A program made the translations under genes and the position numbers. From Candidatus Eiseniibacteriota bacterium (GTDB taxonomy: Bacteria > Eisenbacteria > RBG-16-71-46), in assembly GCA_963744995.1 (NCBI GenBank), contig CAVUWA010000002.1, positions 800,001 to 864,000 of the forward strand: a stretch of DNA of 64,000 nucleotides, read 5' to 3'. The notes under the pieces are model-generated. The model was not told the origin of the DNA and searched no databases. It saw only the letters and a program-made list of their open reading frames with translations. Position 1 is the stretch's first letter; each line of letters begins with the position of its first letter. Positions 18,591 to 28,789 of this stretch are shown here, piece by piece.

Positions 18591-20968
18591 CGGATCACCA
18601 CGAACTTGCCGCGCTGGGTGCCGAACGGGGAGTCCACCGTGAACAGGTAGATCCCCGATTCCACCTCCTGGCCGTTGCGCGAGACCAGGTCCCACGCGGC
18701 TTCGCCGGCGCCCGCGCGGCCGTCGTGGTGGATCACCTGCACCAGATCGCCGGCGACGGTCCAGATCTTGAGCGTGGCCTCGGCCTTCGGCATGCCCATG
18801 AAGTCGATGTGGCGGGTGCGGATGTCGCCGCTCACCGGCGGGCGCTCCCAGGCGGCCGAGGCGCGGAACGGGTTCGGCACCACCCACACCCCGCGACCCG
18901 ACGCGATCGCCTCCACGCGCGGGGTCACGCGCTCGTCGAACGAGGCGAGCAGCGCGCTCTCGAGCGGCGTGTGCAGGAAGCTGCCGTTCGGCTGGCGGCT
19001 CACGTAGTCGTACATCGAGGTGACGACGTAGACGTAGTCGAAGCCGTTGAGCGGCGTGTCGTCGACGAACCGGTAGTGGCCCGGGGGATAGAGCTTCTTC
19101 TCGAACAGGATGCGCTCGTAGTCGACCGTGGAGTCGATCGTGGCAGTGAGTGCGGCGGCGCCGTCGAGCGGATCGTCGCTGAACACGCGGCGGATGGACC
19201 ACTGGCGGCGCTCCGGGAGCAGGGCGCCGCGACCGCTCCAGTCGTCGATCCGGTAGAGCCGGTATCCGAGGAAGCGCGACTCACGCGAGCCGTACTGACC
19301 GCCGGCAAGGAGCACCTCGGGCCGGTTGTCCCACTCGATCGTCACCCTGTGGTCGCCGGGGGTGACCCGCCAGCCGGGCGGCGGTGGGACTGCGCCGGGA
19401 TCGGTCCAGTGCAGGTGCGTCTCGCGTCCGCCGAAACCGGTGCACGGATCGCAGTCGGCGTCGGTCCAGATGCAGCTGTCTGCGGTGTAGGTGACCGCAG
19501 GGCCCGTGAACTCGCAACCGGGGAACTTGGTGGTGTTGTAGCAGTGTGGATCCCATTCGAACGTCACGCCCGGCGGCGCCGAGATACAGGACTCGTGACC
19601 ATTCAGACCCGACTCGCCCGAGTACCAGACCGTCGAGTCGGCCGTCTCGATGTCCGGGAGTAGATCAGCGAGCACCCCATCGTGATGCCGCAGCGCATCG
19701 GTCCCCACGGCGTCCACGCTGTCGGCGGCCGGGGCGACGATCAGCGCCGCCGAGAACGTGATCGACTGACCCGGTTCGAGCCTTGCGAACGGGCCGCACG
19801 AGACCAGCGCCACGTAGTCCGCGCCGTCGTCTTCGTCCGGCGCCTGCGTGAGCTGCCCGGCGAGCGCCGCATAGCGAGCCAGATCGGTCGTCGGCACACC
19901 ACCCTGCCCGGGTGGACGGTCCCTCGCGAAAATCAGGTTGCGGAACGACACACGGCTCGGCGCGCGCGCGTAACGGGCGGCGGGCGGGATCAGGCCGAGC
20001 GGATCGGTGGTGTGATCGAGTCCGATGACCGCGATTCGCGCCGGCGCGGATGATGAGGCGTCGCCGACCACCAGCGCGCGGCCGGTCACGGTCCGGATGC
20101 ACGGTTCGGGCGGCGGGACGCCAGGACCGGGGACGCACTTGATCACGTCCCGCCGCGGGCCTTCCCACGTGATGGTGTTGATCCCGAGTCCGTCGTTCAC
20201 CGAGAATCCCCACGTCGCGCGCCCGATCCGGTCGTTGATGTGGCCGGACGGATCCTCGCGGCGCCGCGAGTCGAGGTCGGCATAGAGACCCACGTAGACG
20301 TCGGTCAGCGTCTCGCTGGAGTGGTTGGTGATGGTGTACTTCAACGCCGCCCAGCGATCGTACCCGGGGCGTCCCCAGCCGAGGACCTCCTGGTGCACCG
20401 ACAACCCGAGCGGGACGTGATTCTCGACGCCGGTGCTGAAACGCACCGCCTCCGGCTGGTCGTCGGTGTAATCGGCGGCGAGCAGCTGATCGGCGGCCAG
20501 ACCGATGTCCTCGTCCACCTCGCCGTCGTGGTCGTCGTCTCGACCGTTCAGGGTCTCTTCGTCGATCGCGCCGTCGCCGTCGTCGTCCACCAGCCACAGG
20601 CTGCCGAGCCGCCCGCGCCTCGCCTCGACCACCCGGTCGCTCGGGTCCAGCGTCGGCCGCCATTCGAGGAGCGGGTCGCCGGAGACGCGGATCACCCCGT
20701 CGGCGTTGCGCGCGCCCACCCACAGCGAAGCGTAGTTCAGCATCTCGTAGCCGGAGTAGGCGGGGTATTCGAGCGACGGGTCGAACGAACGACCTTCGGA
20801 GAAGAACGCGTTGCCGACGATGCCGGCGTTGGTCACGCGCATGCGGAAGGCGCCGACGTCCAGCACGGGACCCTTGTCCCCGATGTCTAGCACTGCGAAT
20901 GCGCGGGCGGGAAACAGGGTGAAAAGGATGCACAGCGCGAAGGTGAATCGGCGCGTCGGCAGCTTCAA
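18587..20968 (-). CDS. Large secreted protein with acidic DDDxDG repeats and a T9SS-like C-terminal domain
   Basis: TTG start after AGGAG, signal peptide, VDDDGDGAIDEE/DDDHDGEVDED, and CTD VVPNPF...WDLVSRNGQEVESGIYLF...GKFVVIR. Confidence 0.8.
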   Translation of the reverse strand: MKLPTRRFTFALCILFTLFPARAFAVLDIGDKGPVLDVGAFRMRVTNAGIVGNAFFSEGRSFDPSLEYPAYSGYEMLNYASLWVGARNADGVIRVSGDPLLEWRPTLDPSDRVVEARRGRLGSLWLVDDDGDGAIDEETLNGRDDDHDGEVDEDIGLAADQLLAADYTDDQPEAVRFSTGVENHVPLGLSVHQEVLGWGRPGYDRWAALKYTITNHSSETLTDVYVGLYADLDSRRREDPSGHINDRIGRATWGFSVNDGLGINTITWEGPRRDVIKCVPGPGVPPPEPCIRTVTGRALVVGDASSSAPARIAVIGLDHTTDPLGLIPPAARYARAPSRVSFRNLIFARDRPPGQGGVPTTDLARYAALAGQLTQAPDEDDGADYVALVSCGPFARLEPGQSITFSAALIVAPAADSVDAVGTDALRHHDGVLADLLPDIETADSTVWYSGESGLNGHESCISAPPGVTFEWDPHCYNTTKFPGCEFTGPAVTYTADSCIWTDADCDPCTGFGGRETHLHWTDPGAVPPPPGWRVTPGDHRVTIEWDNRPEVLLAGGQYGSRESRFLGYRLYRIDDWSGRGALLPERRQWSIRRVFSDDPLDGAAALTATIDSTVDYERILFEKKLYPPGHYRFVDDTPLNGFDYVYVVTSMYDYVSRQPNGSFLHTPLESALLASFDERVTPRVEAIASGRGVWVVPNPFRASAAWERPPVSGDIRTRHIDFMGMPKAEATLKIWTVAGDLVQVIHHDGRAGAGEAAWDLVSRNGQEVESGIYLFTVDSPFGTQRGKFVVIR

Positions 20969-21144
20969 AGAGGACTCACTCCTGGGGGAGTCTGTGGGAG
21001 GGAAAACGTGCGAACGAGAATACCACCAACCGCGCCGCCGCCGTGGCACATCTGCGCGGCCCGCGGCTCACGGCGTGCCGCCGTAACGAGTTCGGACTTT
21101 GCGCTTGACGCCGGGCGCGACTGCGCACAAGGTAGGCGCAGACA

Positions 21145-21306
21145 TCTTCCGCGGTGCCCGCAAACAGCGGGGTAATAGGGAAGGGGGTGCGATTCCCCCA
21201 CGGTCCCGCCACTGTGATGGGTTCCCGGAGTCTCATGCGCCACTGATCCCCTGGATCGGGAAGGCGAGGCTCCGACGGCCCTCAGTCAGGAAACCTGCCC
21301 GGAAGC
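21145..21306 (+). ncRNA. Cobalamin (B12) riboswitch
   Basis: GGTGC...AATAGGGAA..GGTGCGATTCC..CGG.CCCGCCACTGTGA...GCCACTG...GGGAAGG...AGTCAGGAAACCTGCC, located upstream of a TonB-dependent receptor. Confidence 0.95.
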
Positions 21307-21358
21307 CATCGCTCGCAGCGCTTCGTGAGAAGGCGTTGAGGCGTTCGGCGCTCCCAGG

Positions 21359-21394
21359 GCTCCGTCGCTTCGCCCCCGCGAAGACGGAGCTTTT
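21359..21394 (+). terminator. Hairpin plus T-run, probable riboswitch expression-platform terminator
   Basis: GCTCCGT..CTTCG....CGAAG.ACGGAGC followed by TTTT. Confidence 0.65.
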
Positions 21395-21415
21395 CGATTG
21401 GGCGCGGGCAACGCC

Positions 21416-23500
21416 GTGATCGTCGCACTCGTTCTCCTCATGTCTCTGGCGCTCGCGCACGACGCGGACGCGGCGCGCACGGCGCCGTTCGCCGAGGTCC
21501 GCCGCGATGCGCGGGGAGCCGCGGTGGCCGACTCCGCCGCCCCGCCGGCGCCGAACTCCGCCGCGCTCGAGACAAGGCTCGACTCGGTAGTGGTGCTGCC
21601 CGAGGTGGTGGTCGAGCGCGAACGGGCGCTCGACGCCGCGCGGCGCCGGCGCCCGACGGGTTTCGTCACCGAGCTGTCCCCGGACGCCGTGCCGCGCACG
21701 TACGAGACGGCGGCCGACCTCTTGCGTCAGGCGGCCGGCGTGCACGTCGTCCAGTACGGCGGGCTCGGCGCGTTCAGCACCGTGTCGCTGCGCGGCGCGC
21801 CGGCGGGGCAGGTCGCCGTGTACGTGGATGGCGTGCCCATGCAGTCGGCGGCGCGGACCGTGGTGAATCTCGCCGAGCTGCCGATGGGTTCGATCGAGAC
21901 GATCGAGGTCTATCGCGGTGGCGCCCCGCTGTCGCTCGGGCCCGGGCGTCCGGGCGGCGCGATCCAGCTCACCACGGCGATCGGCGCCGGCGCGAGCGCG
22001 CGGGTGACGCGCGGCTCGTTCGACACGTGGGACGTGGCCGCGCGTGCCGGGGCGACGCGCGGCGCGTTCGCCGCCGCCGTACACGGGGGCTATCAGGGTT
22101 CGGACGGCGACTACCGCTATCTGAACGACAACGGCACGCCGTTCAACCCCGGTGACGACGTCGAGGCCGTGCGCGTGAACAACCGCTTCGACATGGCGCA
22201 CGGTGGCGCGCGGCTCGAATGGCGGCCGGACGACCGCTGGCGCGTGCGGGCGGCGGGGAAAATCGAGCGGCAGGGGCAGGGGTTCCCCGGGCTCGGCTCG
22301 ATCCCGGCGCTCGACGCGCGCGCGCGGCTGCTCTCGGGCGACGTGCAGTCGTCGATCGAGCGATGGTTTTCCGGCGGCGGGCGCGTCGAGTGGTCGGGAC
22401 TCTGGCAGGCGGACCGGCGTCGCTTCGGGGATCCGATGGGCCGGCTCGGGCTCGGGCGGCACCTGACCGACGATCGCTTTCGCGCGATCCAGACCGCGCT
22501 GCACCTGGAGACGCCGGAGCGTTTCGACGTGCGCCTCGAAGGCGGCGTGTCGCTCCGGGGCGAGCGCGCCACGCTGCGCGATGCGCTGGACGGGCGGCCG
22601 GATCCGCCGCCGAGCACGCGGCGCACGCAGAGCGCCCGGGCGGGGGTGCGCTGGAGGCCGGGCGCGGGGCCGGTGCTGCTGGTCGCGGACCAGCGCTGGG
22701 ACCGGTCGAGCGATCGCCTGCATGCGGCGACGCCCGGACCCGCAGGGGGGCTCGAGACCGTGCGCGAGACGCGCTCGCCGGAACTCGGTGCGCGGCTCAT
22801 GCTCGGGGGCGGCGTCGAGCTGCGCGCGAACTGGGCGCAGGCCGAACGCGTACCCGACTTCCTCGAACTGTTCGGCGATCAGGGCGGCGTGAGCGGGAAC
22901 CCGTCGCTGCGGCCCGAGCGCGTCGTGAGCCGTGACGCCGGCCTCGCCTGGTCGGGCCGCATGCCGCTCGTCCCGCGTGCTTCGCTCGCGTGGGCGCACT
23001 TCGAATCGAACGGCGAGGACTTCATCGTCTTCGTCAGACAGTCGCAGACCGCGGTCAAGGCGCAGAACGTCGCGCGCGCACGGATCCGCGGCGAAGAACT
23101 CTCGCTGGCGGGAGAGTTGCCGCTGGGCTTCGAGCTGGCCGCCGCGCTGACGTGGCAATCCGCGATCGACCAGGGCGACGTGCCGTTCTGGCGCGGCCAC
23201 CGCCTGCCGCAGCGCCCCGGCCGGGAGTCGTACGCACGACTCGGCTGGAAGGGCGGCGTGCTGCGCGCCTCGCTCGAAGGCCGCTTCGTCGGCGACAGCT
23301 ACCGCGACCGCGCCAACCAGCAGCGCGTGCCGAGCCGCACGCTGGTCGACGCGTCATTTTCGTGGACGCCCGGCGACGGTCCGTTCCGCTTCACGCTCGA
23401 AGGCCGCAACCTCGGCGACCGCCGCGTGGCCGACGTCGCCGGCTACCCGCTGCCCGGGCGCAGCCTGCTCGCTTCCATCGACTGGCACGCGGGCCGCTGA
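21416..23500 (+). CDS. btuB: TonB-dependent receptor, probable cobalamin transporter
   Basis: TonB-box-like EVVV, plug SLRG..QV.VYVDGVP...IEVYRG, GNPSLRPE, NL.D...GYPLPGR. Lies downstream of the B12 riboswitch; start is 21398 or 21416. Confidence 0.85.
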   Translation: MIVALVLLMSLALAHDADAARTAPFAEVRRDARGAAVADSAAPPAPNSAALETRLDSVVVLPEVVVERERALDAARRRRPTGFVTELSPDAVPRTYETAADLLRQAAGVHVVQYGGLGAFSTVSLRGAPAGQVAVYVDGVPMQSAARTVVNLAELPMGSIETIEVYRGGAPLSLGPGRPGGAIQLTTAIGAGASARVTRGSFDTWDVAARAGATRGAFAAAVHGGYQGSDGDYRYLNDNGTPFNPGDDVEAVRVNNRFDMAHGGARLEWRPDDRWRVRAAGKIERQGQGFPGLGSIPALDARARLLSGDVQSSIERWFSGGGRVEWSGLWQADRRRFGDPMGRLGLGRHLTDDRFRAIQTALHLETPERFDVRLEGGVSLRGERATLRDALDGRPDPPPSTRRTQSARAGVRWRPGAGPVLLVADQRWDRSSDRLHAATPGPAGGLETVRETRSPELGARLMLGGGVELRANWAQAERVPDFLELFGDQGGVSGNPSLRPERVVSRDAGLAWSGRMPLVPRASLAWAHFESNGEDFIVFVRQSQTAVKAQNVARARIRGEELSLAGELPLGFELAAALTWQSAIDQGDVPFWRGHRLPQRPGRESYARLGWKGGVLRASLEGRFVGDSYRDRANQQRVPSRTLVDASFSWTPGDGPFRFTLEGRNLGDRRVADVAGYPLPGRSLLASIDWHAGR

Positions 23501-23523
23501 CGGCACGCGCTTCCGGAGGTTCC

Positions 23524-24924
23524 ATGCATCCCGCAGGACTGCTCAGGCCGGTTCTCTTCGCCCTGCTGATCGCCGCCACCCCCGTCGCCGCCGCGGAGAC
23601 CACGGCGTACGTGGTCACCACCGACTTCGCGACCGGCAACATGGCGTCGATCTCGCTCGACACGCACGCGGTCGCCGCGAACGTGGCCAGCGTCCATTCC
23701 GACGCGCGCGCGCGCTGGCACGACGGGCTGCTGTACGTGGTCAACCGCTACGGCCAGGACAACGTCCAGGTGGTGGACCCCGCACAGGGCTTCGCCACGA
23801 TCCGTCAGTTCTCGACCGGGCCGGGCTCGAACCCGCACGACATCGCCTTCATCAGTCCGACGAAGGCCTATGTGACGCGCTTCGAACTCGGCGACCTGCT
23901 GATCGTGAACCCGCAGAACGGGGCCACGCTCGGGGTGATCCCGCTCGGTGCGTTCGCCGACGCCGACGGCATCCCCGAAATGGACCAGATGGTCCGCGTC
24001 GGCACGCGCGTGTTCGTGAGCCTCGAGCGGCTCGACCGCAACAACGGTTTCGTGCCCGCCGACTCGAGCCTGGTGGCGGTGATCGACACGCAGGCCGACA
24101 CCGTGATCGACGCGAACCCGCTGCAGGCCGGAATCCAGGCGATCCGCCTGCAGGGCACGCAGCCGTTCACCGAGTTCGCGTTCGACAAACCCACGTCGCG
24201 GCTGCTGATCGGCTGTGTCGGGAATTTCGGCGTGATGGACGGCGGCATCGAGCGCATCGATCCGGTGAATCTCGTGAGCGGCGGGTTCGCAATCAGCGAG
24301 GCGCAGCTCGGCGGCGACGTCAACGACCTCGTGTGGGACGGCCCCGCGCGCTCGTTCGCGATCGTCAGCGACGCCTCCTACAACACGCTGCTGGTCGCCT
24401 TCGACGCGAACGCCGGCGCGGTCACCGACACCGTGTTCGCGCCGGGCGGCTACAGCCTGGCCGACGCCGCGCTCGACGACCGCGGCGAGCTGTACGTCGC
24501 GAAGAACGATTTCAGCGCCCCCGGCGTGTTCGTGTTCGATGCCGCGACGGGTGCCGCGCTCGCCGGTCCCCTGAATACCGGGCTGCCGCCGTTCCAGATC
24601 GTGTTCGACGAGGAGAACGGGCAGGTGGCTTCGGTGCCGCGCGCCGGCGGCATCGCGCTCGCGCCGCCGTGGCCGAACCCGGCATCGCGGGAGGTGCAGT
24701 TCTCGGTCGCGCTGGAGCAGGCCGGCGAGCTCGACGTCGGTGTCTACGACGCCGCCGGTCGGCGCGTCCGCACCCTGTTCGCAGGTTCCGCCGCGGCGGG
24801 GATCCGCGCACTGCGCTGGGATCTCACGAGCGCCGGCGGCCGCCGTGCCCCCGCGGGGCTCTACTGGCTGAGCGTCGCGGGCGCGGGCGCGCGGCGGACG
24901 CGGCGGGTCGTCGTGCTGCCGTAG
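23524..24924 (+). CDS. YncE/BtuG-like beta-propeller with C-terminal FlgD-Ig/T9SS-like domain
   Basis: GGAGG RBS, Sec signal without Cys, LYVVNR, NPHDIAFISPTKAYVT, and CTD WPNP...WDLTSAGGRRAPAGLYWL. Confidence 0.8.
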   Translation: MHPAGLLRPVLFALLIAATPVAAAETTAYVVTTDFATGNMASISLDTHAVAANVASVHSDARARWHDGLLYVVNRYGQDNVQVVDPAQGFATIRQFSTGPGSNPHDIAFISPTKAYVTRFELGDLLIVNPQNGATLGVIPLGAFADADGIPEMDQMVRVGTRVFVSLERLDRNNGFVPADSSLVAVIDTQADTVIDANPLQAGIQAIRLQGTQPFTEFAFDKPTSRLLIGCVGNFGVMDGGIERIDPVNLVSGGFAISEAQLGGDVNDLVWDGPARSFAIVSDASYNTLLVAFDANAGAVTDTVFAPGGYSLADAALDDRGELYVAKNDFSAPGVFVFDAATGAALAGPLNTGLPPFQIVFDEENGQVASVPRAGGIALAPPWPNPASREVQFSVALEQAGELDVGVYDAAGRRVRTLFAGSAAAGIRALRWDLTSAGGRRAPAGLYWLSVAGAGARRTRRVVVLP

Positions 24925-25011
24925 CCCCGCCGGGCCGCGTCGCCGGCCCCACCGCGGCCGCGTGGACGCGCGGGCCCCGCCGCGGCGGGGCCCCGCATCC
25001 TCCGCTCACGG

Positions 25012-27006
25012 CTACCGCAACTCGGCGCTCGCCCCCGCCACCTTCTTCCACGGCTCCTTGCGACCGCCCAGGTATTTCGCCAGGAACTCCTCGGTGCGTC
25101 CGTTGAAGTCCTCGCCGTTGGCCGGCCGGCCGAAGCCGTGGCCTTCGTCGGGATAGACCACGTACGTCACGTCGCGCCCGTGACGGCGCATGGCCTCGAC
25201 GATCTGGTTCGATGACGCGATCGTCACCCGCGGGTCGTTGGCGCCGTGCCCGATCAGCAGCGGCGCGCGGATCGTGTCCACGTGGTACAGCGGCGAGATC
25301 GCCCGGTTCAGCGAATCGTCGTGCATGACGTCGCCGACGCGCGAAATCCAGCGCTTGAGACGCGGCTTCCAGTAGGGTGGGAAGGAGGCGATCAGAACGC
25401 GCAGGTCCGAAGGGCCGACGACGTCCACGCCGCAGGCGTAGAGCTCCGGCGTGAACGCGAGCCCGGCGAGCGTCGCGTAGCCGCCGTAGGAGCCGCCCAT
25501 GATCCCGATCCGCTTCGGGTCGGCGATGCCCTGTGCGATTGCCCAGCGCACGCCGTCGCTGACGTCCTGCTGCATGTGACCGGTGCCCATCTGGCCCGTG
25601 CTGGCCGCCACGAACGCGTTGCCGAACCCGGTCGAGCCGCGGAATTCAGGCTGCAGAACCGCGTAGCCCCGGTTGGCGAGCCACTGCACCTCCAGATTGA
25701 AGCCCCACTCGTCGCGCGCCCACGGGCCGCCATGCGGCATCACCACCATCGGCAGATGCTTTGCCGGCACGCCGACCGGCAGCGTCAGAAACGCCGAGAT
25801 CTCGAGGCCGTCGCCGGCCTCGTAGGTCACCGGCTTCATCGGCGCGAACGTGTACTTGTCCAGCCCCGGCCGGTGCTCGAACAGCAGCTCGAGGTCGCCG
25901 CTCCGCCGATCGTAGACGTAGTACGCACCGGGATGAACGTCCGAATAGAACGCCACGATCCAGCGCCGGTCGTCGCGATCGCGGCTCACGACGTCGAACG
26001 CCCCTTTGCCTGCCTCGCGCAGGCGCGCGAAGTCCTTTTCGAGCGCAGGATCGACGACCCGCCACTCGGGAATCATCCGGTGCACCCTGTAGGCCTGAAT
26101 CGCATCGTTCACGGGCGAGGTCATCACGGCCACCGGGAAGAATTCCTGTGACACGCTGAGCGCGTTGTAGAGGTCGTTCTTCGGGTCGGCCGGGATCAGG
26201 TCGTGCTGCGCGCCGCTCGCGAGGTCGACCTCGACGATGCGCGTGGTATTGGAGCCGACACAGGACTGCACGCGCAGCGCACGGCCGTCGGGCGAAAAGC
26301 CGAGCACGCGCTGGAAGCGATCGAACCCCGCCTCCTCGAACGACCACTTCAGCAGGTCGCGCCACGGTCCGCCCGCTTCGTCGCGCACCCGGATGATCGC
26401 GCTGCCCTGGTCGTCGATGGCCGCGCACGCGCGGATGTGGAAGTCGGCGTCGGCCACCCATTCGACCACGCCGCCCGGGTTTTCGGCCTCGAGCGTGACG
26501 TCGCCCGTCTCGAGGTTCACCCGGTACATGTCGATGACGGCCGGATCGCGCCGGTTGAGGCCCACCAGAACCACGTCGCGGTGGCGCGGGTCGGTGAGCA
26601 GGTTCGCGGCGCGCACGCCGGGGAACGGCGTCAGGTCGCGCGCGGCGCCCCCCGCGAGGTCGGTGGACCACAGGTGCCAGTTCTCGTCGCCGTCGCGGTC
26701 CTGGATGTAGAGCAGCCGGTCGCCGGCGGGGGCCCACGCGTAGGCGTAGACCCCGCGCTTCGTCGCGCGGGTGAGCTGGCGATCTTCGCGGGTGCCGACC
26801 TTCCGCACGAACAGATTGCGGATCCCCCCCTCTCCGGCGCCGGCGAAGGCGAGGTGGACGCCGTCCGGCGAGATCTGCGGATCGCCGTGGTCGGCCGGGG
26901 CGAACAGTTCGGCGCGCGGCACGAGCGGCGGCAGGGCCGCCGTCGCGGGCATCGTGGCGCCCAGCAGCAGCAGCACGGCGAGCATCGAAGCGAAATGGAA
27001 AGCCAT
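25012..27006 (-). CDS. S9-family serine peptidase (dipeptidyl/acylaminoacyl peptidase), secreted
   Basis: HGGPW, GGSYGGY nucleophile, NDPRV, DEGHGF triad residues, N-terminal propeller, AGGAG RBS. Confidence 0.93.
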   Translation of the reverse strand: MAFHFASMLAVLLLLGATMPATAALPPLVPRAELFAPADHGDPQISPDGVHLAFAGAGEGGIRNLFVRKVGTREDRQLTRATKRGVYAYAWAPAGDRLLYIQDRDGDENWHLWSTDLAGGAARDLTPFPGVRAANLLTDPRHRDVVLVGLNRRDPAVIDMYRVNLETGDVTLEAENPGGVVEWVADADFHIRACAAIDDQGSAIIRVRDEAGGPWRDLLKWSFEEAGFDRFQRVLGFSPDGRALRVQSCVGSNTTRIVEVDLASGAQHDLIPADPKNDLYNALSVSQEFFPVAVMTSPVNDAIQAYRVHRMIPEWRVVDPALEKDFARLREAGKGAFDVVSRDRDDRRWIVAFYSDVHPGAYYVYDRRSGDLELLFEHRPGLDKYTFAPMKPVTYEAGDGLEISAFLTLPVGVPAKHLPMVVMPHGGPWARDEWGFNLEVQWLANRGYAVLQPEFRGSTGFGNAFVAASTGQMGTGHMQQDVSDGVRWAIAQGIADPKRIGIMGGSYGGYATLAGLAFTPELYACGVDVVGPSDLRVLIASFPPYWKPRLKRWISRVGDVMHDDSLNRAISPLYHVDTIRAPLLIGHGANDPRVTIASSNQIVEAMRRHGRDVTYVVYPDEGHGFGRPANGEDFNGRTEEFLAKYLGGRKEPWKKVAGASAELR

Positions 27007-27196
27007 GGCGTCTCCTGACAGGGTGTCTCGGGTCGACCGACTGGTGTGGTGAGAACGCTTTGCATCCGGACGGCCGTGAGCCATCATCGCACGCTACGCG
27101 CCCGGCGGCGCGAATGTTTCGGGCGCGGCCCGGCGCCGCCGGACGGATCGGAATCGCGGACCTGCGCCGCAGGGCACATCGAACGGGAGGGAGAGG

Positions 27197-28651
27197 ATGG
27201 TCGAGAAGCCGAAGTTCGCCGGAACGCTGCGCCGCGCGACCGCGGTCCCCCACGCGCCGGGACATCGCGGCATGCATCGCGTTCACCTCGCCGGACTGGC
27301 CCTGCTCGCCCTGTGCGCCTGCGCACCGCTCGCGGCCCACGCCGCACCGGGGATGCCGGCGCCCGCACGCGTCCAGGGCGACGCCGCCGGGATGGGCGCA
27401 ACGGACGCTGCGGCCGACTCCGCCGCAGGGGACAGCAGCCTCGCGGCGGCGCCGAGCGCGGAAGACTACCTCGCCGAGGTACGCGCGGCGTTCACCCCCG
27501 AGAACCGGCGCTACGCGCAGACCGGGGTCGTGCTGCAACTGGTCGGGCCGCTCTACGCGGTTCTGGTCGGCCTGCTGATCCTGTTCGCCGGCTGGTCGGC
27601 GAGGATGCGGAACGCCGCGGTGAAGGTCACGCGCTTCCGCTACGTCCACACGCTGGTGTTCGTGATCCTCTACACCCTGCTGGCCACGCTGCTCACGCTG
27701 CCGCTCAGCTGGTATTCCGGCTTCTCGGTCGAGCACCAGTACGGGCTCTCGAATCAGTCCCTCTCGCAGTGGTCGATCGAGCAGCTGAAGGGCATGGGCA
27801 TCGGGATCGCCGCGCTGGGCGTCGTGCCGCTCATCTATCTCGCCTACGGGGCGATCCGCAAGTCGAAGCGCTGGTGGATGTGGCTGGGCTTCGGCACGCT
27901 GCCGGTGATCGTGATTCTGGTGCTGATTCAGCCGCTGGTGATCGATCCGGTGTTCAACAAGTTCAAGCCGCTCGAGGACAAGCAGCTCGAGACGCGGGTG
28001 CTCGCGCTCGCCGAGAAGACCGGCATTCCGGGCCGCCATGTCTACCAGGTGGACAAGAGCGAGCAGACCAAGAAGCTCAACGCCTACGTCAACGGCTTCG
28101 GCGCCTCGCAGCGCGTGGTGTTCTGGGACACGATCATCAAGGCGATGGACACCGACGAGCTGGTGTTCGTCGCGGGTCACGAGATGGGCCACTACGTGCT
28201 CGGCCACGTGTGGAAATCGATCCTGTTCCTGTTCGCGCTGAGCTTCATCCTCTTCTACCTGAGCGCGAAGGCGATGGGAGCCCTGACGCGCCGCTTCGGC
28301 GGGCGCTGGGGCTTCACCGAACTCCACGACCTCGCTTCGCTGCCGCTGCTCGCGATGACGCTCACCGTCGTGTCGTTCCTCGCCCAGCCGGCGATGTTCG
28401 CGTTCACCCGCTTCCAGGAGCACCAGGCCGACATGTTCGCGCTCGAGGCCACGCATCTGAACGACGCCGGGGCACGCGCATTCATCAAGCTCGGCAGCCA
28501 GAACAAGAGCGACCCCGAGCCCTCCGCGCTGGAAACCTGGCTGCTGTGGACCCACCCGCCGCTCATCCAGCGGGTGAAGTTCATGGAGTCCTACAGGCCG
28601 TGGGAGGAAGGCAGGCCGAACCGGCTGTTCCACGGGAAGCACCAGAGTTAG
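27197..28651 (+). CDS. M48 (Ste24/YhfN-like) membrane zinc metalloprotease
   Basis: NAYVNGFG, HEMGH, EHQADMFA, THPP, multiple TM helices. Confidence 0.92.
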   Translation: MVEKPKFAGTLRRATAVPHAPGHRGMHRVHLAGLALLALCACAPLAAHAAPGMPAPARVQGDAAGMGATDAAADSAAGDSSLAAAPSAEDYLAEVRAAFTPENRRYAQTGVVLQLVGPLYAVLVGLLILFAGWSARMRNAAVKVTRFRYVHTLVFVILYTLLATLLTLPLSWYSGFSVEHQYGLSNQSLSQWSIEQLKGMGIGIAALGVVPLIYLAYGAIRKSKRWWMWLGFGTLPVIVILVLIQPLVIDPVFNKFKPLEDKQLETRVLALAEKTGIPGRHVYQVDKSEQTKKLNAYVNGFGASQRVVFWDTIIKAMDTDELVFVAGHEMGHYVLGHVWKSILFLFALSFILFYLSAKAMGALTRRFGGRWGFTELHDLASLPLLAMTLTVVSFLAQPAMFAFTRFQEHQADMFALEATHLNDAGARAFIKLGSQNKSDPEPSALETWLLWTHPPLIQRVKFMESYRPWEEGRPNRLFHGKHQS

Positions 28652-28789
28652 CGCGGCCCGCCGGCGGGGGATGGAGACATGATCCCGCCGGCGGACCCCG
28701 GACCCTGGCCGTCCTCCTTCCGGTCAGCCTGCGGCGCGCCCGGCCTCGAAGGCGGCGGCCGGGGCCCGGCCGCGCGGCGCGGCGCCGCG

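Noticed and set aside
23470..23500. BtuB ends in ...IDWHAGR rather than a terminal Phe
   Set aside because: A Trp lies near the end and short extensions occur; not enough to call it defective
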